Assembly (NCBI GenBank): GCA_963729715.1
Contig: CAVSPA010000003.1
Span: 318,957-382,956, forward strand
Reading direction: 5' to 3'
DNA length: 64,000 bases
Origin: an uncultured delta proteobacterium
Lineage (GTDB): Bacteria > Desulfobacterota > Syntrophia > Syntrophales > UBA2185
Shown: piece by piece, positions 20,301 through 30,825 of the stretch
How positions within the stretch are numbered: position 1 is the first letter of the stretch
How the letters are laid out: each line of letters begins with the position of its first letter
Position numbers and translations under genes: made by a program
The notes under the pieces: generated by a model
The model's input: only the letters and a program-made list of their open reading frames with translations
What the model was told of the DNA's origin: nothing
The model's database searches: none

Positions 20301-21630
20301 TGTGATGTCTTATATCTCGCCGAGGATGCAGTCCCTCTTTGATAAATATCTCGGGGATTGGGAAAAGGACATAGGGAACCCGGAAATCTGGGAAAAGGTT
20401 CAAGACATCCCCGATTCGCTGCTGTGGGACACGAGATACGAGCTCAAGCAAAAGACCATCAACTTCTTGCGGGAATATCTCTCCAAACACTGGGTGAAAT
20501 ATGGTTATACGAAGACATGGCGGGAAGAATTCTTTTCTAAGATCAATCCCGCCGCCCTGATGATCGGATTCGCAAGACGCTTTGCTCCTTATAAGCGCGC
20601 GGACATGCTCCTGTCCGACTTGGACCGTCTCGACAGGATCCTGAATCATCCGATGCGTCCCGTTCATATAATTATGGCCGGGAAGGCGCATCCCAACGAC
20701 GGCATGGGAAAAAGCCTCATCAAGAAAGTTATAGACGTCTGCAGGGATGAAAGATTCAGAGGCAAGATATTTTTCATCGAAGACTATGATATCAGCATCG
20801 CTCGGCGTCTCGTTCAGGGCGTCGATGTGTGGCTGAATACTCCCCGAAGACCCTATGAGGCAAGCGGCACAAGCGGTCAGAAGGTCGTCGCAAACGGCGT
20901 GCTCAACATCAGCGTGTCCGATGGCTGGTGGTGCGAAGGCTATGACGGAACCAATGGTTGGACCATAGGACCCGCCTGTAAAGGTTTTGTCGAAGAGAGG
21001 GCGAACGCCGACGAGGAAGACAGCCAGTCGCTTTATGCGACACTCGAGCATTCAGTTATACCCGCATTCTACAGCCGGGAAATATCCGGGCTGCCGGAAA
21101 AGTGGATCAGCATGATCAAGAGATCGCTGCAAACACTCATGCCCAAATTCAACACGGAAAGGATGCTGCTTGATTATTACAACGATATGTATCTGCCCAC
21201 GGCAGAGAGGGAACACGAACTTTATACGGACACGCACAAACTGGCGCGCGAGCTGGCGGACTGGAGGCGCAAAATTCCCATGCGTTTTTCCTCGCTCAGG
21301 CTCCTGGATGCCAGCATCGAAGGGATCCACGGGGATACAGTGCTCGTCGATCAGCCGCTGATCATCAGCGCCAGGGTTGATCCGGGGAAGGTGGAGCCGG
21401 AAGAAATATTGGTTGAGCTGGTAATAGGAAGAAGGGAGGGGTATGAATTTGCCGATTCCCCCGATTGTATTCCTTTGAGCATAGCCAAAAAGGGATCGGA
21501 TGGAATCCTCACATATTCCGCGGAATACATCGTGAAAAATAATGGGCCCTATGCATACGGTATCAGGGTGCTGCCGCACCATAAGAATCTTGCCGCCAAG
21601 CACGCAACCGGCCTTATCCTCTGGGCGTGA
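17374..21630 (+). CDS. Fused GT3 glycogen synthase / GT35 alpha-glucan phosphorylase
   Basis: N-half: FEVSWEVCNKVGGIYTV, PSYYEPWGYTP. C-half: YSGGLG, FARRFAPYKR, EASGTSGQK. Confidence 0.93.
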   Translation: MKRQTKGYLFEVSWEVCNKVGGIYTVIASKMREAIRNYGERYFLLGPDLKTNPDFEETDEDCWVKIRESTAIKEIPCRFGRWKIPGEPKVILVNFGKKYDKDQLLYRLWEDYGIDSIAGGWDYVEPLMFSYACGEVIETIYNLMVRPHNNASAIAQFHEWMCGAGLLCVKKKVPEIGTIFTTHATILGRTLAGSGVDIYTDMDNISPLTEASAHNIKAKYSMEVASAREADCFTTVSEITAAEAKNFLGRYPDVITPNGLDVDHIPDLTANRAPALKVREKLLAAASRFLRKDFPAHTKILIISGRYEFHNKGIDIFLNALGRLEKDMTKDEEVLACLFVLGGHMDLIPTLQCEPGRVEPGNPPIATHRLHYEASDPILQTCNRLGLMNTSQNRIHVIFDPAYLNGHDGLIDMTYYEALSGCDLGVFPSYYEPWGYTPLESVAHCVPTVTTDQAGFGLWVQEKAGESSGVILLKRKGQKIDLIEEDLYNIFKGFLSWNDQEIVERRKSARHVALQANWRDFFKFYLQAYDRAISTAHERAEKLVLIDDRVERKYVFAGSVSTQPHFRAFTAVVNLPHKIERLRELAYNLWWTWHPNARSLYISLDPKVWQQMGNNPVRMLENVSPEKLLEASENPSYMTMYAQIMQQFDEYMNDKTTDKRVQASQAIKWSSPIAYFSAEYGLHECIPIYSGGLGTLSGDHLKTASDLNMPLVGIGLLYKNGYFRQVIDKNGIQIEEYPENEFSMMPVQIVRDDMGNEVQISLELPGRTLYANIWEVKVGRVSLYLLNADVPGNTVQDRKITERLYPADQRIRIEQEILLGMGGVRLIKKLGIRPRVYHLNEGHSAFLIFERITGLMAEESLSLDEAIEVVCGSTAFTTHTPVEAGIERFPRDLMEHYFSSFIKKTGMSWSQFWELGRKEGGEERTFFMAIFALKMAHMSNAVSHVHEEVSKRMWRDVWKGFNISDIPISHITNGVHVMSYISPRMQSLFDKYLGDWEKDIGNPEIWEKVQDIPDSLLWDTRYELKQKTINFLREYLSKHWVKYGYTKTWREEFFSKINPAALMIGFARRFAPYKRADMLLSDLDRLDRILNHPMRPVHIIMAGKAHPNDGMGKSLIKKVIDVCRDERFRGKIFFIEDYDISIARRLVQGVDVWLNTPRRPYEASGTSGQKVVANGVLNISVSDGWWCEGYDGTNGWTIGPACKGFVEERANADEEDSQSLYATLEHSVIPAFYSREISGLPEKWISMIKRSLQTLMPKFNTERMLLDYYNDMYLPTAEREHELYTDTHKLARELADWRRKIPMRFSSLRLLDASIEGIHGDTVLVDQPLIISARVDPGKVEPEEILVELVIGRREGYEFADSPDCIPLSIAKKGSDGILTYSAEYIVKNNGPYAYGIRVLPHHKNLAAKHATGLILWA

Positions 21631-22202
21631 TTCGCGCTGTTTGATATTCCTCTTAGGATAATTTCGTTCCCTCATTGTGGAGTACTGGGAATGTGTTCTA
21701 TCATCTTCGAGATTGCAGCGGTTGACACATGACTGGCCTGCTGTTTCGGCATGGGCAGCCCAATCTCTTTTCATGATCGGGTTCAGACCTGCTAATTGAC
21801 CTTGATAATAACCGGTGCTTGTCACCGGTTATTCTATATGTGTTGAGGTTTATCATTTTCAATTAAGTCCCCGCCCCCATTCCGCCGCGTTCAGTCGGCT
21901 GTTACCACGCTGCCCGCGTGAATGTGTATCACGGCGTCAGCGCTGCCTTTCGGGGCCGCATCACAATTATATTTTGAGTTTTGTCAGTCACATAGAAGCA
22001 GATCCTTCCATACTCCCTGTATGGGTGAGTGTTTGCCTGCTGGCAATCATGGCCGGGTTGTGAAATTACACCATTGTGTTGCCGTTTATTCTTATCACTC
22101 ACCATTAGCATTTCGAAAATAAATCTATTCCAACATTCCTCGAAACACAGACTGAGAGCGGAAAATAGCGCTCTGCCTGTCCTAAGATGGCAGTGAGGCG
22201 CA

Positions 22203-22218
22203 TGCACAAAAATGTACA
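22203..22218. promoter_or_regulatory. Candidate sigma54 enhancer-binding site
   Basis: Near-palindrome TGCACA-N4-TGTACA ~140 bp upstream of the -24/-12 promoter. Confidence 0.45.
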
Positions 22219-22349
22219 TCAATTACGTATACTATATTGTTCCTTTCACAAAATAATTTACCATAATTGTTCATTATGTCGTGAGAGCGGAAGAGACATT
22301 GAGCACGCATTATCCAGTCAAATAGGCATGTTGAATCTTCAAGGGCGCT

Positions 22350-22365
22350 TGGCATCGTAATTGCT
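22350..22365 (+). promoter_or_regulatory. Sigma54 -24/-12 promoter of amtB-glnK
   Basis: TGGCATCGTAATTGCT (GG-N10-GC). Confidence 0.8.
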
Positions 22366-22422
22366 CTTTATACTTGGCACTGGTTGTTCAATCTCTAAAA
22401 TATGAACACGGAGGTAACAAAA

Positions 22423-23658
22423 ATGAATACAGGAGATACAGCGTGGGTATTGACTTCTTCAGCATTAGTTCTACTCATGACAATGCCGGGGCTGGCCTTT
22501 TTCTATGGGGGCCTGGTGCGGAGAAAAAATGTTCTATCCATCTTGATGCAGTGTTTCATTATCTTGGCCGTGATTAGTCTGCAATGGATGTTGTGGGGCT
22601 ACTCATTGACCTTCGGTCCTGACGTGGGAGGAATCATCGGCAACCTGGATTGGTTTGCCCTAAAAGGTGTGGGCGGGACTCCAAACCCGGACTATGCAGC
22701 CACAATCCCCCATGGGGCATTCATGATCTTCCAGTGCATGTTTGCTGTAATCACACCGGCCTTGATTCTCGGTGCGTATGCGGAGAGGATAAAATTTTCT
22801 GCTTTTCTCGTTTTTACTATCCTCTGGGCCACTCTTGTCTATGATCCGCTCGGCCACTGGGTATGGGGGACCGGCGGTTGGTTAAAAAGTCTCGGCGCCC
22901 TGGACTTCGCGGGCGGCATCGTGGTTCACACCAGTTCCGGCATTTCCGCCCTGGTCATGGCTATCCTGCTCGGCAAAAGGATAGGGATGGATAAAGGGAT
23001 GACATATAAGCCCCATAACATGCCCTTCGCAGTACTCGGTGCGGGACTTCTCTGGTTCGGCTGGTTCGGTTTCAACGCGGGCAGTGCGCTGGCGGCAAAT
23101 GAACTTGCTACCAGTGCATTTATTGCGACCAACATGGCTACTGCGGCGGCTGCGTTTACATGGCCCATGATCGAATGGATAGTTGGCGGCAAACCGACGG
23201 TTTTAGGTGCTGCCACCGGTGCCGTCGCCGGACTCGTTGCCATCACGCCCGCCTGTGGGTTTGTGAACCCCGTAAATGCGCTGTTCATAGGCATTTTGGT
23301 AAGCGTCTTCTGTTACATTGCTTGTGCGAAAGTAAAAGCTATATTCAAATATGATGATTCTCTCGATGTCTTCGGCGTCCATGGTGTAGGCGGTATCTGG
23401 GGAACTCTTGCAACCGGACTCTTTTGCGAAAAGGTCATAAATAACGACGGTGCGAATGGACTATTCTTCGGCAATACGCACCAGTTCTTAATTCAGTGCC
23501 TCCTCGTGGTAGTGGCTGTAATTTTTGCTGTAGTGATGACTGTAATTATCTTCAAACTGGTCGATGCTATCATCGGAGTAAGAGCTGAAAAAAAAGATGA
23601 GGTGATCGGACTTGATCTAACCCAGCATAGCGAATCAGGCTACACCCTGATTGAATAG
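22423..23658 (+). CDS. amtB: Ammonium transporter
   Basis: DFAGGIVVH, LWFGWFGFNAGS, DDSLDVFGVHG; GGAGG RBS. Confidence 0.97.
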   Translation: MNTGDTAWVLTSSALVLLMTMPGLAFFYGGLVRRKNVLSILMQCFIILAVISLQWMLWGYSLTFGPDVGGIIGNLDWFALKGVGGTPNPDYAATIPHGAFMIFQCMFAVITPALILGAYAERIKFSAFLVFTILWATLVYDPLGHWVWGTGGWLKSLGALDFAGGIVVHTSSGISALVMAILLGKRIGMDKGMTYKPHNMPFAVLGAGLLWFGWFGFNAGSALAANELATSAFIATNMATAAAAFTWPMIEWIVGGKPTVLGAATGAVAGLVAITPACGFVNPVNALFIGILVSVFCYIACAKVKAIFKYDDSLDVFGVHGVGGIWGTLATGLFCEKVINNDGANGLFFGNTHQFLIQCLLVVVAVIFAVVMTVIIFKLVDAIIGVRAEKKDEVIGLDLTQHSESGYTLIE

Positions 23659-23670
23659 GAGGTACTAAAA

Positions 23671-24012
23671 ATGAAATATATAGTTGCTATTATACAGCCG
23701 CATAAACTGGATGAGGTGATGACGGCGCTCGAAGAAGTTCAAGTTAATCTGATGACGGTATCCAATGTTCTCGGCCGGGGCACGCAGAAGGGGCTTACAG
23801 AAGTTTACCGCGGCGCCAAAGAAGTGGGGAGCCTCTTGAAGAAAATCAAACTGGAAATCGCCTGCAATGAAGATTTTGTGGAACGCACTACTCAGGCCAT
23901 TATCAAGGGCGCCAGAACGGGCGAAATCGGCGACGGCAAAATATTCATCTTTGACCTTCCCGAGGTAATCAGGATCCGTACCGGAGAAAAAGGCGGCAAG
24001 GCGATTGGGTAG
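23671..24012 (+). CDS. glnK: P-II nitrogen regulatory protein
   Basis: EVYRG T-loop, [17 protein letters not shown]; linked to amtB. Confidence 0.95.
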   Translation: MKYIVAIIQPHKLDEVMTALEEVQVNLMTVSNVLGRGTQKGLTEVYRGAKEVGSLLKKIKLEIACNEDFVERTTQAIIKGARTGEIGDGKIFIFDLPEVIRIRTGEKGGKAIG

Positions 24013-24125
24013 GAAGAGGTGAAGAGCATGTGGCTCTATTTAACCAAAATTGACAGACAGATTATATCATCTATGCTCCTCTACAACATAATAATTGTCA
24101 TTGAAATCATAAGAGGTATGCCAAG

Positions 24126-24440
24126 ATGTCTGCAAAAGAACTCAAAACTGAACAGGATGGCCTAAGAGATCTCATTGAGTCATATGAACGGGACCTTATT
24201 GTAGACGCCCTGAAGATCACGTTCGGGAACGTGTCACACGCCGCCAAACTTCTCAAGACAACGAGGCGAATATTCGGCTATAAGGTTCATAAATACGGCA
24301 TCAATCTGACGGATTTCAGGTTAACACGTCTTAGGTCGCGAAAAAGCATACAGAAATCCACGCTCGGAGGCGACAAAGACAGTGGCAGTCATGTATCTAA
24401 CACTCATGACCGCAGGCCGCAGCAAAATGATTTCCCCTGA
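24126..24440 (+). CDS. Stand-alone Fis-type HTH protein
   Basis: YERDLIVDALKITFGNVSHAAKLLKTTRRIFGYKVHKYGI resembles the C-terminal HTH of sigma54 activators; GAGGT RBS. Confidence 0.75.
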   Translation: MSAKELKTEQDGLRDLIESYERDLIVDALKITFGNVSHAAKLLKTTRRIFGYKVHKYGINLTDFRLTRLRSRKSIQKSTLGGDKDSGSHVSNTHDRRPQQNDFP

Positions 24441-24589
24441 CGGGAATCCATGCAGACGTCATGTGAAGACATTTTTGAATCGGGTGGTTATGAAGTTCAT
24501 TCACCATGAATTTTAAAACTTGTTAACAGATTATTAACCAATATGCCTTAGAGGATATCTATGGCCAATATTATACCAGGAGGTCTGAG

Positions 24590-26059
24590 ATGGCGAAGAA
24601 AGCAATGAAAGGTGCATTCGATGAGAAAGCAGTCAAGAATGTTATAAAGATGGTTAAAGAAAATGACATCAAAATCATTGATCTTAAATTTAATGATTTG
24701 CCGGGTATGTGGCAGCATTTTTCAATTCCGGCAGCGGAGATAACCGGGATTGATGACCCAGCAACGAGTATCTGGGTAGAAGGCATTGGCTTTGATGGAT
24801 CATCCATCCGGGGCTTCCAGAAGATTCACGAATCCGATATGGTTTTGCAATTAGACGCGGGCACCGCTGTCGTTGACCCTGCTTGCGATGTGCCCACCTT
24901 GAGTATTATCTGTGATGTCTATGACCCCACAACTAAGAAGCCATACTCCCGCGACCCCCGCTATGTGGCCAAGAAAGCTACTGGCTATTTGAAATCCACC
25001 GGTATTGCCGACACGAGTTATTGGGGGCCGGAGATGGAATTCTTCATCTTTAATGACATCCGGTTTGCCCAGACGACAAACGCAGGCTTTTACTTTATTG
25101 ACTCCGTAGAAGGAGAATGGAATTCAGGAAAAGATGAAAAGCCGAATTTAGGATACAAGCCGCGTTATAAAGAAGGGTATTTTCCTGTTCCTCCGCATGA
25201 TTCGATACAGGATTTAAGAAGTGAGATGATGCTGGCGATGATTAAGACAGGCATCGGCATAGAGGTTCACCACCATGAGGTTGCCACTGCCGGCCAGTGC
25301 GAGATAGACATGAGGTATGGTCCCTTAGTAAAAATGGCAGATAACTGCCTGATGTATAAATATATCGTCAAGAATATATCCAAGAAGCACAATATGGTGG
25401 CTACCTTCATGCCTAAACCGCTCTTTGGCGATAACGGCTCAGGCATGCATACGCACCAATCTCTCTGGAAGGGAGAGAAAAATATCTTTTTTGACCCCAA
25501 AGGATATGGGCTTATTTCCCAGACTGCCAAATACTATATCGGAGGCCTGTTGAAACATGCACCTGCCCTCATGGCTTTCTGTGCCCCCACCACAAACTCC
25601 TATAAACGCTTAGTGCCGGGATATGAGGCGCCGGTTAATTTAGCCTATTCGCAGAGAAATCGTTCTGCAGCTATAAGAATTCCGGTTTATTCCGAGAACC
25701 CGAAGACAAAACGCATTGAATTCAGGCCGCCGGATAATTCCTGCAATCCGCATTTGGCTTTTGCCGCAATGCTCATGGCCGGTCTCGATGGAATACAGAA
25801 TAAGATAGATCCGGGTGAACCATTGGAGAAGGACATTTATGAGTTGAGCCCTAAGGAAGCGGCGAAGGTTCCCACTGTTCCGGGCTCTTTAGACGAATCC
25901 GTCGCTGCCCTGGAGAAGGATTATAAGTTTCTTCTCAAAGGCGATGTTTTTACACAAGATGTAATTGACGTCTGGATTGACTATAAGAGAGCAAAAGAAA
26001 TAGATGGATTGCGCCTCCGGCCGCATCCATATGAGTTCTATCTTTATTTTGACGTTTAA
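24590..26059 (+). CDS. glnA: Glutamine synthetase type I
   Basis: [24 protein letters not shown], adenylylation-site DIYEL. Confidence 0.98.
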   Translation: MAKKAMKGAFDEKAVKNVIKMVKENDIKIIDLKFNDLPGMWQHFSIPAAEITGIDDPATSIWVEGIGFDGSSIRGFQKIHESDMVLQLDAGTAVVDPACDVPTLSIICDVYDPTTKKPYSRDPRYVAKKATGYLKSTGIADTSYWGPEMEFFIFNDIRFAQTTNAGFYFIDSVEGEWNSGKDEKPNLGYKPRYKEGYFPVPPHDSIQDLRSEMMLAMIKTGIGIEVHHHEVATAGQCEIDMRYGPLVKMADNCLMYKYIVKNISKKHNMVATFMPKPLFGDNGSGMHTHQSLWKGEKNIFFDPKGYGLISQTAKYYIGGLLKHAPALMAFCAPTTNSYKRLVPGYEAPVNLAYSQRNRSAAIRIPVYSENPKTKRIEFRPPDNSCNPHLAFAAMLMAGLDGIQNKIDPGEPLEKDIYELSPKEAAKVPTVPGSLDESVAALEKDYKFLLKGDVFTQDVIDVWIDYKRAKEIDGLRLRPHPYEFYLYFDV

Positions 26060-26082
26060 GAATCGCGTGATCTTGGAAAGAC

Positions 26083-26126
26083 CCGTGCCGAAGTTACCCG
26101 GATTCATCCGAGTGGCTTCGGCACGG
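26083..26126. terminator. Long hairpin between convergent genes
   Basis: CCGTGCCGAAG/CTTCGGCACGG arms; no strong U-tract. Confidence 0.55.
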
Positions 26127-26150
26127 CAGTGATATTAAAAATAGAGGAGA

Positions 26151-26375
26151 TTATTTTCTGTTGATGAACATCAGGATAATCGTGAGGATGATACTGATGA
26201 TTATGCACGTGGCGAGTGGAAAATAGAACGAGAAATTCTTGCCTTTGTAAAAGAAGTCACCGGGAAGTTTTCCAAACCATGGTATCTTCCCTCCCAAGAG
26301 GAGCAGGAATCCCAGGCCTGCGATGACCAAGCCGATAACAATTAGAATCTTGCCGAAGCCGGAAAAATCAAGCAT
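26151..26375 (-). CDS. DUF2905-like small membrane protein
   Basis: GKLPGDF...FYFPLATCIIISIIL. Confidence 0.8.
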   Translation of the reverse strand: MLDFSGFGKILIVIGLVIAGLGFLLLLGGKIPWFGKLPGDFFYKGKNFSFYFPLATCIIISIILTIILMFINRK

Positions 26376-26408
26376 ATAAATTTCCCTTGTATACTGACTC
26401 TTGTAAAA

Positions 26409-26495
26409 GAGATTGCATGTCCATTCGTTCGTCGCAATGACAGCAAGTCGATGTCGATGCATGATTTGTCACTGCGAGTATGGAGAAGCAATCGC
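26409..26495. repeat. Degenerate REP-like palindromic element
   Basis: GATTGC...TCGCAATGACA / TGTCACTGCGA...GCAATC nested inverted arms. Confidence 0.55.
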
Positions 26496-26524
26496 ATTGC
26501 CGCTTTCAATGAATTATATCACAT

Positions 26525-27469
26525 TTATGACCAGTTAAACGGCGCTTTCTTTCTGAAATCCGGAACCAGCGCCTTGTCGTCAACATCTTGGGTGAAGATG
26601 TTTTCAAAACCCATATCGAGGGCATGATTTATGATAAGCTCATATTCGTCGCGCGTAATTCTTCTTTTCAAATGGGGATGATTCTTAACAGAGGGCACGG
26701 GCGTATACTGGGACATGATGCTCAGCGGTACGGAAACGGATATATGCTTTTTGATTAAGCGGAGGACTTCTAGGCTGTTCGATATGAATCCGGGGATGAT
26801 GAGATGGCGGATGAGTGTGCCCCTTTTTGCTGCGCCCTCTTCCATTAAAATTTCATCTCCTACCTGACGCACCATTTCTTTGAGGGAAGGGATGGCATGC
26901 GCGGTGTAATCCTTCACTCCGGAAAGGGCAAGAGCGGCATTCTCCGTGCCGTACTTAAAATCCGGCAGGTAGATATCCACCATGCCTTCGAGGATTTCCA
27001 GGACTTCCGGGTTCTCATATCCGCCGCAATTGTATACGAGGGGGAGATGCAAACCTCTTTGGCGGACGATGAGAAGGGCCTCCATGATCTGCGGTATCTG
27101 GGGAGTGGGCGTAACAGGCTCGATGTTATGACAGTTCTCTTTCCCGAGTGCCAGCATGATTGCGGAGAGTCTTTTAATGTCTATCCTCTCCCCGGAAATT
27201 TCACGGCTTAACTGATAGTTCTGGCAGTAGATGCATTTGAGATTACAGGAAGAAAGGAAGATTGTTCCGGCGCCCTGTGTACCCGAGATGGGAGGCTCCT
27301 CGCCATAATGGGGCAGGGCGTGGCTTACTGCGACGTCGTCTGCGAGACGGCAGAATCCTGGTTCACCTCTTGTCCTGTCGACGCCGCATTTTCTGGGACA
27401 CAGTGTGCAGCTTTTCAGGATTCCCTTCAGCCGGTCAATGCGTAGCCGCAAGATAGTTTCAGCGTCCAC
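26525..27469 (-). CDS. Radical SAM protein, PflX-like
   Basis: CTLCPRKC, GEEPPISG, CNLKCIYC, YLPDFKY. Confidence 0.9.
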   Translation of the reverse strand: MDAETILRLRIDRLKGILKSCTLCPRKCGVDRTRGEPGFCRLADDVAVSHALPHYGEEPPISGTQGAGTIFLSSCNLKCIYCQNYQLSREISGERIDIKRLSAIMLALGKENCHNIEPVTPTPQIPQIMEALLIVRQRGLHLPLVYNCGGYENPEVLEILEGMVDIYLPDFKYGTENAALALSGVKDYTAHAIPSLKEMVRQVGDEILMEEGAAKRGTLIRHLIIPGFISNSLEVLRLIKKHISVSVPLSIMSQYTPVPSVKNHPHLKRRITRDEYELIINHALDMGFENIFTQDVDDKALVPDFRKKAPFNWS

Positions 27470-27482
27470 TTCCGCTCATGCC

Positions 27483-28559
27483 TCACTGAATTTCTATCTT
27501 TTCCACAACGTTCTTGATCTTCTTGCTTTCTATAAGCTCGAGGAATTCTTCTCCGAGAGGTTGCGCACGGTCCACCACACTCCACCAGTTTCTGATCCTG
27601 GTAGACGGGTCATCGATGTGGATCGCGAAATCGTCCCGGTCAGGTACTTTTCCCCCGGGGAGCTGCGCGACAAAGCCTTGGGAGGGATGAATCATCAGGA
27701 CATTATCAAGATCATCTGCCCGCGGGAGGCGGTAGGAGAGTTTTTTATCCAACCATCCCGGTATAATTCTCTCCTGATGGTTAAAGAACAGTACGATGTC
27801 GTCATCTTTTGCGGCGTAGTTGTGGGTGAGATGATAATCGATCAGACCACCGTCACGGTATACTCCTAAAGGCGCCCCGTAGATGTTTCTGACACCGGCA
27901 ACAACCAGAGGAATGGCGCCCGAAGCCACAAGGGCATACTTGAAATTGATCTGGTTGAGCGGAATGTACCGTCCGCGGAAACCGGGCCTGAGGCAAAAAG
28001 GCGGCGGCTTCGGCCCGTTATAGAATACAACCCGCTCGGCAAAATAATGGATGTATGATCTCTTAATGGCATTGAGGAGAAAGCCTATACCGAGGCCGAG
28101 CTGCTGCGCCCACTTCGATTCAGAGGCCACAAGGTTCTTTGCACGAGCTGTAATGATCGCAAAACGGTACTTTTTATTGGCCAGCGCAAAGGGCAGGGCG
28201 TCGTCCTCAATATATGAATTTACAATGCCTATCAGGGACGCCTGAACACTGGCCGGCGTATCGGCTCTCGTATAAGTTGTGCTGATGTAGGATTCCATGA
28301 GAGTGCGGTAACTCTTTTCCGGCTCAGGTTGCAGCCAGGCGGCAAACCGCATTGCCCCTGCCGATGAACCGACGAGGTGCGTCGCCTTTGCGCATCCGAA
28401 GAGGCCCTTCGTCAGGAGAGTGAGGTCGAAGCCGCTCGCCACCAGCCACCGGGGACCAGTCGCCGGGGCGAAATAGGTCGTGACGCGGTCGAAATTAAAA
28501 CCGCCGTCCTGGATGATTTCATAGGCCCGCTTGCCTGCTCTTATACAGATATCGTTCAT
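27483..28559 (-). CDS. Patatin-like phospholipase family protein
   Basis: GSSAG nucleophile elbow and DGG motif. Confidence 0.8.
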   Translation of the reverse strand: MNDICIRAGKRAYEIIQDGGFNFDRVTTYFAPATGPRWLVASGFDLTLLTKGLFGCAKATHLVGSSAGAMRFAAWLQPEPEKSYRTLMESYISTTYTRADTPASVQASLIGIVNSYIEDDALPFALANKKYRFAIITARAKNLVASESKWAQQLGLGIGFLLNAIKRSYIHYFAERVVFYNGPKPPPFCLRPGFRGRYIPLNQINFKYALVASGAIPLVVAGVRNIYGAPLGVYRDGGLIDYHLTHNYAAKDDDIVLFFNHQERIIPGWLDKKLSYRLPRADDLDNVLMIHPSQGFVAQLPGGKVPDRDDFAIHIDDPSTRIRNWWSVVDRAQPLGEEFLELIESKKIKNVVEKIEIQ

Positions 28560-28656
28560 TGTTATCGACCGTGGGTAACTTCTAAATCCTGCAGCCCTGG
28601 GTAAAATTTCTTACAGATATGCTGAGAATCACCGGGGATTGCAACAACAAATGACC

Positions 28657-28685
28657 TTGACAGTATCCCGGCCGTTCGGTAGAGT
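28657..28685 (+). promoter_or_regulatory. Sigma70-type promoter of proA operon
   Basis: TTGACA-N17-TAGAGT. Confidence 0.55.
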
Positions 28686-28820
28686 AACGCATCTGAGAGG
28701 GGTTTACCCGCTTGCTCAATGTGATGGCGGTTAATACATAAACTCTGACTGTTTTGTCAACGTCTATTGTTGGATGTATCCCCCCCCCAATATGTGCCGA
28801 TGGTCAGGGAAAGTATTCGT

Positions 28821-30077
28821 ATGGATATCAAAACCCGTGTGGCGGAAATAGCAAAAAATGCAAAAAAGGCGGCCGTGTCGCTTGCCCGTCTGCCATCGGA
28901 CCTGAAAGACAGGGTTCTCCTCGACATGGCCGAGGCACTTACCAGGCAAACCGGCATTCTCATGAAGGAAAATGCCAAGGACCTCGAAAAAGCAGCCCAG
29001 ATGGGCCTTTCCGCCGTCATGATGGACAGGCTCGTATTGAACGAAAGTATAATTGAAGGCATTGCAAAGGGTCTCACGGAAGTGGCCTGTCTCCCGGACC
29101 CGATAGGAAAAGTAACGTCCATGTGGCGCAGACCGAACGGCCTTCTGGTCGGCCGCAAGAGAATCCCTCTCGGTGTAATCGGCATCATCTATGAGTCCCG
29201 CCCCAACGTGACTGCGGACGCAGCGGCCCTCTGTCTGAAATCAGGCAATGCGGTCATCCTGCGCGGAGGGTCTGAGGCGATAAACTCGAATATTGCGATA
29301 GCAAAAATTCTTCAGGGCGTCTTGACGAATCATGCCATTCCCGAAGGGGCCATTCAGGTAATCCCCATGATCGAGAGGGAAGCGGTCCGGGAGATGCTGC
29401 AGCTTGAAGAATATATAGACGTGATTATCCCGAGAGGGGGCGAAGATCTGATCAGGGCTGTTGTCAATGAATCGAAGATTCCCGTCATCAAGCATTACAA
29501 AGGGGTCTGCCATATATTTGTGGACGCCGGCGCCGATATTGAGATGGCCGTAGATATTTGCATGAACGCAAAGACCCAGCGTCCGGGACTCTGCAATGCC
29601 ATGGAGACTATGCTTGTCCACCAGGACATTGCAGGGGAATTTTTGCCGCTTGTCGCCCGCCATCTCAAGGGGGCAGGTGTTGTCCTCCGGGGGTGTGATA
29701 GGACAAGACGAATCGTGAAGGATGTCGAACAGGCAAAAGAGGAAGATTGGTATCAGGAATACCTCGACCTCATTTTATCCGTGCGCGTCGTGGATGATCT
29801 TGATGAGGCTGTGGCCCATATTGAAAAATACGGTTCTCTGCATACGGAGTCAATCATCACGAACAATTACCAAAACGCGCAGCGCTTCTTGGATGAAGTC
29901 AACTCGTCCACTGTCCTCGTCAATGCGTCCACCCGCTTCAGCGACGGGTTTGAGCTGGGCCTCGGCGCGGAAATAGGAATCAGCACGACAAAACTTCATG
30001 CCTTCGGTCCCATGGGACTCGAAGAGCTGACAACAACAAAATTCATTATCTATGGGAATGGACAGGTGAGAACATGA
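28821..30077 (+). CDS. proA: Gamma-glutamyl phosphate reductase
   Basis: [32 protein letters not shown]. Confidence 0.97.
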   Translation: MDIKTRVAEIAKNAKKAAVSLARLPSDLKDRVLLDMAEALTRQTGILMKENAKDLEKAAQMGLSAVMMDRLVLNESIIEGIAKGLTEVACLPDPIGKVTSMWRRPNGLLVGRKRIPLGVIGIIYESRPNVTADAAALCLKSGNAVILRGGSEAINSNIAIAKILQGVLTNHAIPEGAIQVIPMIEREAVREMLQLEEYIDVIIPRGGEDLIRAVVNESKIPVIKHYKGVCHIFVDAGADIEMAVDICMNAKTQRPGLCNAMETMLVHQDIAGEFLPLVARHLKGAGVVLRGCDRTRRIVKDVEQAKEEDWYQEYLDLILSVRVVDDLDEAVAHIEKYGSLHTESIITNNYQNAQRFLDEVNSSTVLVNASTRFSDGFELGLGAEIGISTTKLHAFGPMGLEELTTTKFIIYGNGQVRT

Positions 30078-30727
30078 AATGGGGATTATTGGGAGGCACA
30101 TTCGATCCGATACACAATGGCCATCTCAGATGCGCCGAGGAAGTGCTCGAAATTTTTGATCTGAACAGGATCATCATTGTTCCCGCTGCGAAACCGCCGC
30201 ACAAGATAGACGGCGATATCACATCATTTCATCACCGGGAGCAGATGATCAAGCTGGCTATTGAGGGGAACCCGGTGTTTACGTTCTCCGATGTGGAGAA
30301 GCAGCGTGAAGAGAAGTCTTACTCGGTGGAAACTGTTGATTACATCCTCAAGAAATACATGACAGACCTGCAATTGTATTTCATCCTCGGGCAGGATGCC
30401 TTTCACGCCATTCATAGCTGGAAAGACTGGCAGAGGCTGCTGCTCTTGTGCAATTTTGTCGTTATGACAAGACCCGGTTACGAAGACAAGGGCCTGGATG
30501 GAATCCTTTCCGCCGATTTCGCTTCCCAATTTAAGTACGACGACAGTGTGAAGGGTCTCAGAGGGCCGACGGGGCACGTCATTTATTTCAGGGGTGTTAC
30601 CTTCCTGGATATCTCGTCGAGTGATATCAGGCAAAGAGCGAGAGAGGGGAGGTCCATTAAATACCTCGTCCCTGAGTCGGTCCGGCATTACATCGTAAAG
30701 AATTCTCTGTACAGAAACTCAAAATAG
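30074..30727 (+). CDS. nadD: Nicotinate-nucleotide adenylyltransferase
   Basis: [18 protein letters not shown]. Confidence 0.96.
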   Translation: MKWGLLGGTFDPIHNGHLRCAEEVLEIFDLNRIIIVPAAKPPHKIDGDITSFHHREQMIKLAIEGNPVFTFSDVEKQREEKSYSVETVDYILKKYMTDLQLYFILGQDAFHAIHSWKDWQRLLLLCNFVVMTRPGYEDKGLDGILSADFASQFKYDDSVKGLRGPTGHVIYFRGVTFLDISSSDIRQRAREGRSIKYLVPESVRHYIVKNSLYRNSK

Positions 30728-30825
30728 CAGGTACTCATACGTCTAATCCTAAGCTTACCGCCAATCGGTCTCACTCCGTACGAGCCGGGAAAATTATCCT
30801 TGCACTGGGCATTATCGCACTTCTT

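Noticed and set aside
20101..21825. Long antisense ORFs here and opposite other genes (e.g. 41287-42195, 53111-53992)
   Set aside because: Shadow frames of well-supported genes, without motifs or RBS.
21860..21965. GC-rich intergenic stretch with a GAAA-capped hairpin on the minus strand
   Set aside because: No recognisable RNA family or convincing extended fold.
22266..22310. Glutamine riboswitch-like hairpin (GTTCA...CGGAAG) before amtB
   Set aside because: It lies upstream of the sigma54 promoter and lacks the third stem of the motif.
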